The position numbers and the translations under genes were made by a program. Under the pieces are notes generated by a model that was given only the letters and a program-made list of their open reading frames with translations, ran no database searches and had not been told where the DNA came from. DNA of 64,000 nt from an uncultured Chitinophaga sp. (GTDB taxonomy: Bacteria; Bacteroidota; Bacteroidia; Chitinophagales; Chitinophagaceae), in assembly GCA_964453625.1 (NCBI GenBank), contig CAYVSH010000001.1, positions 6,080 through 70,079 on the forward strand. Direction: 5' to 3'. Shown here piece by piece: positions 39,880 to 47,902 of the stretch. Numbering within the stretch: the first letter of the stretch is position 1; the number at the start of each line of letters is the position of its first letter.

Positions 39880-40557
39880 ATGGAAACCAAAGCCCGGAAA
39901 GTACTGATAGCTGATGACGAACCGGACATTCTTGAGATACTGAAGTTCAACCTTGACAAAGAGGGATATGATGTGATAACGGCGAAGGACGGTGATGAAG
40001 CCCTCGAAAAAGCCAAGCGGAACCAACCCGATCTGATCGTATTGGATGTGATGATGCCGAACAAGAATGGTGTAGAAGTGTGCAGATTGCTGAGAGCACA
40101 ACCTGTTTTTAAAGACACTCTTATTATTTTCCTTACAGCCGTAAATGATGAAGCCACACATATAAAGGGATTGGAAACCGGTGCCGATGATTATGTAAGC
40201 AAACCTGTTAGTCCTAAAGTATTCCTGAGCAGGGTAAATGCCCTCTTCCGCCGGGTGGATAAACCAGATAACAGGATCCTCACTATTGAAAATCTTACCA
40301 TTGACCCCGAAAGATTCGTTGTAAAGATCGGAGATGAAGAGATCATCCTGGCGAAGAAGGAATTTGAACTCCTTTATCTATTAGCATTGAAACCCGGCCG
40401 TGTATTTCTGAGGCATGAGATATTGAATGCTGTATGGGGCAAAGAAGTAATTGTAGGCGACCGCACCATTGATGTACATATCCGTAAGATAAGACAGAAG
40501 ATGGGTATTGATTGTATAACAACGGTGAAAGGTGTGGGGTATAAGTTTGAACTTTAA
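39880..40557 (+). CDS. OmpR/PhoB-family response regulator (PhoB/PhoP-like)
   Basis: ADDEPD, LDVMMP phosphoacceptor, GADDYVSKP, RTIDVHIRKIR, TVKGVGYKF. Confidence 0.95.
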   Translation: METKARKVLIADDEPDILEILKFNLDKEGYDVITAKDGDEALEKAKRNQPDLIVLDVMMPNKNGVEVCRLLRAQPVFKDTLIIFLTAVNDEATHIKGLETGADDYVSKPVSPKVFLSRVNALFRRVDKPDNRILTIENLTIDPERFVVKIGDEEIILAKKEFELLYLLALKPGRVFLRHEILNAVWGKEVIVGDRTIDVHIRKIRQKMGIDCITTVKGVGYKFEL

Positions 40558-40558
40558 A

Positions 40559-40681
40559 GTAAGGCACAAGGTTCAAGGCTCAGGGTACAAGTCGTAATAT
40601 TTTATAAACACCTTACTATTTCAAAGCTGTCTCTTGTCCCTTGTTTTTCTTGTCCCATGTTTCTTGTTCCTTGTACCTTCG
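40559..40681. repeat. Inverted heptamer-repeat arrays with no ORF between them
   Basis: Left GTAAGGC ACAAGGT TCAAGGC TCAGGGT ACAAGTC (40559-40593); right CTCTTGT CCCTTGT .. TTCTTGT CCCATGT TTCTTGT TCCTTGT ACCTTCG (40631-40681), the reverse complement of ACAAGNN; 37-nt AT-rich spacer. Confidence 0.75.
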
Positions 40682-40686
40682 TAATC

Positions 40687-41736
40687 ATGTTCTCCACTAA
40701 AAATATTTCTCCCCGGCAACTGGCTGCGTTCACTGCTTTTATTCTTGCATTTCCTGTAAGTGTGCTGGTTTATTTTGTAGAAAAAAGCTGGCTTTGGGCT
40801 GCCGGTGCACTTATCATATTGTTTAGCGGAGCTTATATACTTATCTCTTTTATACTGGAACGGTTCATCTACCGCAAGATCAAACTCATTTACAAATTCA
40901 TTTACCAGACCAAGGCCAGCCGCAAGGAAGAAACCTATTATAAATATGTACTGCCGCAAAAAAGTATAGATGAAGTGCGGGAAGATGTGGAAGCATGGGC
41001 CGAAGAGAACAAGAAAGAAATAGAAGTGCTGCGACGCAATGAACAATTTCGCCGGGAGTTTTTGCAAAACCTGTCGCATGAATTCAAGACACCGGTTTTT
41101 GCCATACAGGGTTATGTTGATACTTTATTATCCGGTGCCATGGCCAACCCCGAAGTATATAAGAAATTCCTAGAGAAGACATCGAAAAATGTGGACCGCC
41201 TTACCAACCTGCTGAACGACCTTGATGAAATATCAAGCCTTGAAAGAGGCGAACTGGTTTTATACAAACAGAACTTTGTAATACAGGACCTGGTAAAGGA
41301 TGTATACGAAAGTCTTTCAATAAAAGCAGATGAGAAAAAGATACGTTGCTCCATTAAAAAGGGATGCGAATCACCCCTCACCGTATTTGCAGATGAAGAA
41401 AAGATACGGCAGGTTATCATTAACCTGGTAGAGAACTCTATTAAATATGGACGGCAAGGGGGCAACCTTACCGCCAGTATGTACCTCACGGATGGTAAAC
41501 ATATTCTAGTAGAAATATCTGATGATGGTATTGGTATACAGGAAAAACACTTGCCCCGCCTCTTTGAACGTTTTTACCGAACGGATGAAGGCCGCAGTAT
41601 GGATGCAACTGGCAGCGGTCTTGGCCTTGCCATCTGCAAACATATTATTGAAGCACATGGGCAAACCATACATGTACGCAGCAAGGAGAATGTTGGCACT
41701 ACGGTTGGTTTTACACTGGACCGGAAAAAAGATTAA
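40687..41736 (+). CDS. Sensor histidine kinase (PhoR-like)
   Basis: Two N-terminal TMs, H-box NLSHEFKTP, N-box LVENSIKY, DDGIGI, GSGLGLAI; ATG 40687 preferred over 40657. Confidence 0.93.
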   Translation: MFSTKNISPRQLAAFTAFILAFPVSVLVYFVEKSWLWAAGALIILFSGAYILISFILERFIYRKIKLIYKFIYQTKASRKEETYYKYVLPQKSIDEVREDVEAWAEENKKEIEVLRRNEQFRREFLQNLSHEFKTPVFAIQGYVDTLLSGAMANPEVYKKFLEKTSKNVDRLTNLLNDLDEISSLERGELVLYKQNFVIQDLVKDVYESLSIKADEKKIRCSIKKGCESPLTVFADEEKIRQVIINLVENSIKYGRQGGNLTASMYLTDGKHILVEISDDGIGIQEKHLPRLFERFYRTDEGRSMDATGSGLGLAICKHIIEAHGQTIHVRSKENVGTTVGFTLDRKKD

Positions 41737-42137
41737 TACCAGTCCTTCCCTTCCGCCAGGCTCTTTAAAAAATCTGCTGCTTCATTACCCATGACAGTAC
41801 TGGTCAATGTACCGTTCAGCATCAGTATAAAATGACGGCAGCCCTCACCTGAATAATTAAAAGAAACATCAGCTTGCAACCGGCCATCCTTATAAAACAT
41901 AAGGTTGCCATCGTATCCGCATTTATAAGATCCTGCCTCTTTCTCGTCAACAAAACGGGCCAGCTTATCAATGGCTTTGCTTTCCGTCGTATTCACTGTC
42001 TTTGCAATATTGATAGTACCGGGTTCATTGAAGTTAATAACAAGGCTGTCGCTGCCAGAAAGTTGGTTACCTATGGCAGACCTTTCTTTACAGGAAACAA
42101 ACATCAATAACAGTACTACGAAGACAAAATAACGCAT
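41733..42137 (-). CDS. Small lipoprotein (paralog of 45980..46426)
   Basis: Lipobox FVSC-KE; SDSLV; two internal Cys. Confidence 0.75.
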   Translation of the reverse strand: MRYFVFVVLLLMFVSCKERSAIGNQLSGSDSLVINFNEPGTINIAKTVNTTESKAIDKLARFVDEKEAGSYKCGYDGNLMFYKDGRLQADVSFNYSGEGCRHFILMLNGTLTSTVMGNEAADFLKSLAEGKDWY

Positions 42138-42193
42138 AGCTTATTTTTTATAGCGGCAAGCTACCCACAAAAAGCAGCATGAAATGGAATTGC

Positions 42194-44434
42194 CTATTTC
42201 TTTTTTACATATTTCCGGTACATCTTTAATATGCGGAGCAGTACGGCGAGTATATCCCTGCTTTGCAGCAGTATGTTGGTTTCCAGAATGGCTTGCTTGG
42301 TTCCGGGTTTTTCCTGCTGTATCAGCTTTACCTGTCGATCCAGTTGCTGGTTAATGAATTCCCGAACATCATCCCTTGCTATGCGGATGTCTTCCATCTT
42401 TTCAAAATTATCATTCCGTAATGCACCGATAGCAAGTGTAAAGAAAGCATTCATCTTATGTTTCAATTCTTCAGTAACCCGCAGAAAATCCTTTCCCGGT
42501 TCCCGGTGCAGGTTCTGTATATAGTGCAGGCATTCCTCACTCATGGCTGTAGCCGAATAAGTGATGTCCTGTAAAAAGTCGGTGCTGTATAATAGCAATT
42601 GTGAAGGTTCGGGTCCTGTTGTTTCCAGGTTCTTTATAAAGCGGATACTCTGTGCCCTCATCCTGAAACCATAGGCTTCCATTTCTTTCAGGTTCTTATA
42701 CTCCTTATCCAGTACAGCCGCATCATATTCCTTCAATCCATTTAGTACGTTGGTATAGGATTGCAACAAGGCTTCCATATTTTCCAACATCACCTTTTTA
42801 TTACTGGTATAAATGTCCTGGTCAGTTTCAGGCAGCATATTAAATTTTGCTGCATCAGTCTTATTCTTCTTTTCTTTTCTTGCAAACAACATATGAGAGA
42901 AGACCATATACATACTTACCAACAGTAACAAGATCACTACGGCAATAAATTCTCCTTTGATCAAAATGAATACAAACAAACCAGATACCGCAAAGGCAAT
43001 GATAGCGGTGATGAACCAGCCACCGATGACACTGAGTACACCAGCTACCCGATAAACAGCCGACTCCCTTCCCCATGCTTTATCTGCCAGTGATGTACCC
43101 ATAGCCACCATAAAAGAAACATAAGTAGTAGAGAGCGGCAACTTCATAGAAGTAGCCAATGCAATGATGGCACTTGCCAGCACAAGATTAATAGAGGCAC
43201 GGACCATATCAAATGCAGGTTTATCATGCACCACAGTGGCCTGCCGTATTTTACTTTTTGCAAAACTGAGATCATAATAACTTCTAACAGACTTTGGAAC
43301 GATGACGGAAAATATATTTCCCAGCAGCATGGATGATTTTACAATTCGTCTTGATATAGCATTGGGCTGAAACCGTTCTTCGCCTTCATTCTGGCTGCCG
43401 AGGTTCACTTCTGTTTCGGTCACCTTTCTTGCTTTGGAGCTGAACCAAAGTGTAAGGGCCATGATGATGCCAGCCATCAGCAGCATATAGTTAGGTACTA
43501 TCACCTCGCTGCTGGCAAGGTAGGATTGGTATTGTTCATCTGCAGGTATACCTGAAGATTGCCAGTTCTTAAATGCTAAAAACCCGGTAATAGGTATACC
43601 AATAAAATTGACAAGGTCATTACCTGCAAATGCCATTGCCAGTGAAAAAGTACCCATCAGCACTACGATCTTTAATGGATTGATGCGGGCAAGTTTTTGC
43701 AATGCCAAAATGATCAATGTGCCGCCGGCAAACAATACTCCCAAAATCAGTGTTGTATTGGATTGTATCCATTGTGTTGCCGAAGGACTAAGTAAAGTAG
43801 TACCCTTCAATCCTTTAATAAGCAGAAAATAAAAAATAACTGTTGTTCCAATTCCAGCAAAAACGGCACCGTAGCGGCTCAATTTTTCTTCGTAATTAAA
43901 TGTAAAGATGAGCCTGCAGAGATACTGCACCAATATACCGAGTGTAAATGCGATAAGTATAGAAAGAAAAATTCCTGTAATGATAGACAACACACTGCCT
44001 GCATTGATGTACTTCATCATTTCCGAAACAGGTTCCTGCTTTTGAATGGAAAATAACATTCCTGCTACCATGGCAGCACCCAGTAATTCGAAGATGATAG
44101 ACACCGTAGTAGACGTAGGAAGACCGAGTGTATTAAAAATATCAAGCAATACAATATCTGTAAGCATTACGGCGAGGAATATCCACATGATCTTGTCGAG
44201 TGTAAAAAATTCAGGATGGAAGACACCTTTTCTTGCTATCTCCATAATACCACTCGAAAAAACAGAACCAAGAATAACACCGGCTGCTGCAATGAGAATG
44301 ACAGTACGGAAAGAAGCGACCTTACTGCCAATAGCTGAGTTTAGGAAGTTTACAGCATCATTGCTGACACCTACTACCAGGTCGGCAATGGCAAGCAAAA
44401 AAAGAACTACTACCAGGAAAATGATCAATGTCAT
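42194..44434 (-). CDS. Inorganic phosphate transporter (PiT/PHO4 family) with soluble C-terminal helical (PhoU-like) domain
   Basis: GVSNDAVN, GLPTSTT, AGNDLVN, LPLSTTY PiT signatures; ~230-aa hydrophilic tail; ATG 44434 preferred over 44533. Confidence 0.9.
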   Translation of the reverse strand: MTLIIFLVVVLFLLAIADLVVGVSNDAVNFLNSAIGSKVASFRTVILIAAAGVILGSVFSSGIMEIARKGVFHPEFFTLDKIMWIFLAVMLTDIVLLDIFNTLGLPTSTTVSIIFELLGAAMVAGMLFSIQKQEPVSEMMKYINAGSVLSIITGIFLSILIAFTLGILVQYLCRLIFTFNYEEKLSRYGAVFAGIGTTVIFYFLLIKGLKGTTLLSPSATQWIQSNTTLILGVLFAGGTLIILALQKLARINPLKIVVLMGTFSLAMAFAGNDLVNFIGIPITGFLAFKNWQSSGIPADEQYQSYLASSEVIVPNYMLLMAGIIMALTLWFSSKARKVTETEVNLGSQNEGEERFQPNAISRRIVKSSMLLGNIFSVIVPKSVRSYYDLSFAKSKIRQATVVHDKPAFDMVRASINLVLASAIIALATSMKLPLSTTYVSFMVAMGTSLADKAWGRESAVYRVAGVLSVIGGWFITAIIAFAVSGLFVFILIKGEFIAVVILLLLVSMYMVFSHMLFARKEKKNKTDAAKFNMLPETDQDIYTSNKKVMLENMEALLQSYTNVLNGLKEYDAAVLDKEYKNLKEMEAYGFRMRAQSIRFIKNLETTGPEPSQLLLYSTDFLQDITYSATAMSEECLHYIQNLHREPGKDFLRVTEELKHKMNAFFTLAIGALRNDNFEKMEDIRIARDDVREFINQQLDRQVKLIQQEKPGTKQAILETNILLQSRDILAVLLRILKMYRKYVKKK

Positions 44435-44488
44435 AAGACCAAGGGTTGGTTGCTTAAAGAAAAGAAAGATTATCCTTACTGCTATATT

Positions 44489-44525
44489 AAGAAAATAAAA
44501 CCACCCCAGAAAATACAGGGGTGGT
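44489..44525 (-). terminator. Terminator-like hairpin about 55 nt upstream of the PiT start
   Basis: Minus strand ACCACCCC...GGGGTGGT followed by TTTATTTTCTT. Confidence 0.7.
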
Positions 44526-44713
44526 AACTGCATGAGAAATTATGCTCTGCCCGTAGTAAATACTAACCTGCCAGTAGCAATAATGGAAGGATGATAATAA
44601 GAACTGGTGTAAAGATGGCTGCTGTTTGTTATCCTGCTGTTACCAACGGATTAATTAATGATTAAGCCAGCAAAACGGGGTACACGGATAAATACTGATC
44701 CCCGAAAACTTAA

Positions 44714-44751
44714 TATTACTTTATTGTTAAGTTTTTGTAGCTTTAATGTTA
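44714..44751 (-). promoter_or_regulatory. Pho-box-like array (4 units, 11-bp period)
   Basis: Minus strand TAACA-N6-CTACA-N6-TAACA-N6-TAATA. Confidence 0.65.
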
Positions 44752-44767
44752 CCAGTTTGCCTGTACT

Positions 44768-45976
44768 TTGAAAACAAGGCTGATCATATTATCCCTTTTG
44801 TTTGTGCTTGGCTCTCAGAACAATGCAAGTATTGCCCAAGACAAATCTTTACCGGTTCAGTTTGACTTTTTCGGTGAGCCAGTGAACCTGCAAGTTGACA
44901 GGTCTGTACTGGTTCCTTTTGATTCTACACTGACCGGGGAAGCCATTCAATCATTTTATTCAGCTATCAGTACTTCTTATCATCTAAAATTAGTGGAGGA
45001 GCTACTCCTCATCAAGAAACAAAACAACCTGGATGACTGGCTGTATTACCAGCTGATCCGAAAAACAGCTCAGCAGATAAGCCCCAAAGGGGATAATTAT
45101 TACCGCTACACTTTATATAAATGGTTTTTGCTTTCAAGCTCAGGCTATGATGCTACCCTGAAGATAAATGGCGAGAAGCTATTGTTTTATGTGCATACCA
45201 AAGAGAATATCTACAATATTCCCTATTACCTTAAAAACAATAAACAATATGTTTGCCTTAATTATCATGACTATGGCAGCTATATAGATTTTGAAAAAGA
45301 AAAGTTTGCTGAGGTCTCTTTCCCTGCAAAGGAGTCTGCCGTTTCTTTCTCGTATAAAATAACCCAATTGCCAGTTTTTAATGCTGCTGATTATGAAGAT
45401 AAAGATCTGCAGTTTCAATACCGGGAAACTGATTATCGATTCAAGGTAAAGCTAACGCCGCAGATAAAGACCATTTTTGCCAACTACCCGGTAGTGGATT
45501 ATGAATCATATTTCAATATACCGCTTAGCAAGGTCACTTACAGTTCACTTATTCCCCTACTCAGGAAAAATGTAAAAGGCCTTACTGTAAAGAATGGCGT
45601 TGATTACCTGATGCGGTTTACCCGGTATGCTTTTATGTTTGAACAGGATACGAAAGTATTTGGCAACGAGAAAAGATTATCACCCGAACAAACGCTACTG
45701 TACGACCAAAGTGATTGTGAAGACCGGGCAGCTCTGTTCTTTTATCTTATCAAAGAAATTTATGATCTGCCGATGATCGTACTTGCTTATCCAGAGCATG
45801 TAACAATTGCCGTAAAGTTTGCGAAGCCGGTGGGCAGGCCTATTATTTACAACGGATCAAAATATACTGTTTGCGAACCTACACCTCAAAAAGAAGACCT
45901 GGCTGTTGGACAATTAATGTCAAACCTGCATAAACAATCTTACGAAATAGTTTATGCTTACCATCCTGTGCGTTGA
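44768..45976 (+). CDS. Exported protein with a transglutaminase-like Cys-His motif
   Basis: TTG start, signal peptide; SDCEDRAALF ... YPEHVTIAV ... VCEPT. Confidence 0.75.
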   Translation: MKTRLIILSLLFVLGSQNNASIAQDKSLPVQFDFFGEPVNLQVDRSVLVPFDSTLTGEAIQSFYSAISTSYHLKLVEELLLIKKQNNLDDWLYYQLIRKTAQQISPKGDNYYRYTLYKWFLLSSSGYDATLKINGEKLLFYVHTKENIYNIPYYLKNNKQYVCLNYHDYGSYIDFEKEKFAEVSFPAKESAVSFSYKITQLPVFNAADYEDKDLQFQYRETDYRFKVKLTPQIKTIFANYPVVDYESYFNIPLSKVTYSSLIPLLRKNVKGLTVKNGVDYLMRFTRYAFMFEQDTKVFGNEKRLSPEQTLLYDQSDCEDRAALFFYLIKEIYDLPMIVLAYPEHVTIAVKFAKPVGRPIIYNGSKYTVCEPTPQKEDLAVGQLMSNLHKQSYEIVYAYHPVR

Positions 45977-45979
45977 TAT

Positions 45980-46426
45980 CTATTCCTGTCTGCCGGGCAA
46001 TATTGTAACATTTTTCTCTAAACTATCCAGCAACTCCCGAGTCTGTTTACTCATGTTTGTAAAATACTTTTCACCGGTTCTTATAAAGGATAAAGTCATG
46101 CACTCCCTGTTCCGTGAAAAGTAAACCGTTTCAACAGCACCTGCCTTACCATAAAAATATATTTTACCCTGTGTAGTGCATGTATCCTTTGCGGTAATCA
46201 CCTCGTCATTTGCATCTTCAATAACACTGCTTAGCACCATTCTGTCCCTCACCTTTATCATATTAAAGAATCTTGGGTTTCCGGGAGTGTGGTAATACAT
46301 CACTACAGCACTATCACTCTGCTGCAGGGCCGGCAGCATATTTATCTTCACTGTTTTTTCTTTACAGGCTGTAAACAAAAAGGCAACACAAATAATCACT
46401 AAATAGTTCAATTTCATTTTTTGCAC
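45980..46426 (-). CDS. Small lipoprotein (paralog of 41733..42137)
   Basis: Lipobox FTAC-KE; SDSAV; two internal Cys. Confidence 0.75.
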   Translation of the reverse strand: MQKMKLNYLVIICVAFLFTACKEKTVKINMLPALQQSDSAVVMYYHTPGNPRFFNMIKVRDRMVLSSVIEDANDEVITAKDTCTTQGKIYFYGKAGAVETVYFSRNRECMTLSFIRTGEKYFTNMSKQTRELLDSLEKNVTILPGRQE

Positions 46427-46445
46427 CAGGTTAATCTTATTAATT

Positions 46446-46476
46446 AAAAAACGTCCTGAGACTAATCAGGACGTTT
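46446..46476 (-). terminator. Intrinsic terminator after the beta-helix lipoprotein gene
   Basis: AAACGTCCTGA / TCAGGACGTTT stem with an A-run. Confidence 0.8.
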
Positions 46477-46498
46477 AAATATAATGCATCAATCAAAA

Positions 46499-47851
46499 TC
46501 AGTATGCAGCGTTTTGTGGATCCCAATTACACCATCCGCTTGTCCAGTTGGTAGTACCAAATGCACCGCGGTAAGTAGTACTGGTAAAGAAAGCATTCAT
46601 ACCTGTGAAACTTGTTCCGGTCAAAGCCGGTGAACCAGTTGCCGGTAAAAAGTTAGGGCTGGTAGAATAGAACGGACTGGTTAACATGGCTGCTGCTGAG
46701 TTAGCTAGTGTTATACAACCTTCAGCTTCTGCTTTGGCCTGTATTTGTGCATTGGTTGCAATAGCAGCATTTGCTGTTTTATAAGGAAGTGTGCTTGCAT
46801 GAACAAGGTTGTTCTTAAACTCAGAGACATTATTTACATAATAGTCATTAAGTGTAGCATCTGATTCAGTGGAGAATCCGGCATCTGGATGTCCTATTAA
46901 AATTGAATTTCTTAGTATAAACTGAGTTGATCTTCTCCAGCGATTTGAAAAATTGTGATTTCCTGCTGTATTGGGAGCATCGTTGGGCCCTATTAAAGTA
47001 AAGTTGCTTAATTGTGGTTTAGTTCTTGGAGAAGCCAATGAAGATGCTGCATCATTATCACACTCAATACCATTGCCTGCATCACCTGCATCTACAAAAT
47101 CCGGCTTACGACAAGAGACAGCAAACTGTATCTTACCGGTATACCCGAAGTCGAAATCGAAATCATCATCAGCCGTTGCAAAGGCAACCAGGTTCTTTGC
47201 ATTTACGGTTCCACCAAAAAATTCATATGCATCATCATTACCAAATGACACCTGTACATTTTCGATAATTGTACCTGAACCTACACCACCGCAAGTCAAT
47301 CCATTGATCTCAGAGCCTGGTTCAGCAGCTATACCTGCATATTCAATACGAACGAAACGAAGGATCCCACTTTCATCCAATGGATCTGTACCACCATACT
47401 GGCGGCCAACACCGCCTTCAATAGTTGGGGCCGGATCCAACGGACGATTGGTTGGTGCTTTACCCAATAAAATGATACCACCCCAATCACCCGGAGCTCT
47501 TGAACCAACCGGCTTACCACTGGTGAATACGATTGGCATAGCGGCAGTACCTGATGCAATTAATTTAGCTCCTCTTTCAATGATCAAAGCTCCTTTTTCA
47601 GTAACATCACTTTGTATTACACAACCAGCTTCAAAAGTTATGGTAGCTCCTTCCGTTACATACACATATCCTTTCAGTATCCATTTACCCTTAGCATAAA
47701 ACTTACTGGAAGAGATAACTCCACTAATTATATTCGTTTCCCCGGTGGGAGGAGTTACTACAGTTCCACCATCATCAAAATTTACCTTTACACATGAGGT
47801 AACGCTGAAGAGACCTGCTAACATCAGTGTACCAAAAAGGATCTTTTTCAT
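46499..47851 (-). CDS. Surface lipoprotein with Asp-rich parallel beta-helix (pectin-lyase-like) fold, TonB receptor partner
   Basis: Lipobox VTSC followed by K..FDD; GDWGGIILLG, SGILRFVRIEYAG, EINGLT..GVGSGT, DDAYEFFGGTV, DDDFDFDFG, GIECDND. Confidence 0.8.
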   Translation of the reverse strand: MKKILFGTLMLAGLFSVTSCVKVNFDDGGTVVTPPTGETNIISGVISSSKFYAKGKWILKGYVYVTEGATITFEAGCVIQSDVTEKGALIIERGAKLIASGTAAMPIVFTSGKPVGSRAPGDWGGIILLGKAPTNRPLDPAPTIEGGVGRQYGGTDPLDESGILRFVRIEYAGIAAEPGSEINGLTCGGVGSGTIIENVQVSFGNDDAYEFFGGTVNAKNLVAFATADDDFDFDFGYTGKIQFAVSCRKPDFVDAGDAGNGIECDNDAASSLASPRTKPQLSNFTLIGPNDAPNTAGNHNFSNRWRRSTQFILRNSILIGHPDAGFSTESDATLNDYYVNNVSEFKNNLVHASTLPYKTANAAIATNAQIQAKAEAEGCITLANSAAAMLTSPFYSTSPNFLPATGSPALTGTSFTGMNAFFTSTTYRGAFGTTNWTSGWCNWDPQNAAY

Positions 47852-47902
47852 ATCAATTTTTGTTTTTTGTTTTTTTAAATTTTATAGTCAGTTTGGTTGC
47901 AA

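Noticed and set aside
44435-44533. 33-aa N-terminal extension of the PiT ORF given by the track
   Set aside because: It runs through a terminator hairpin and is not PiT-like; ATG 44434 fits better.
46971-47699. 242-aa plus-strand ORF
   Set aside because: Antisense shadow of the beta-helix lipoprotein gene.
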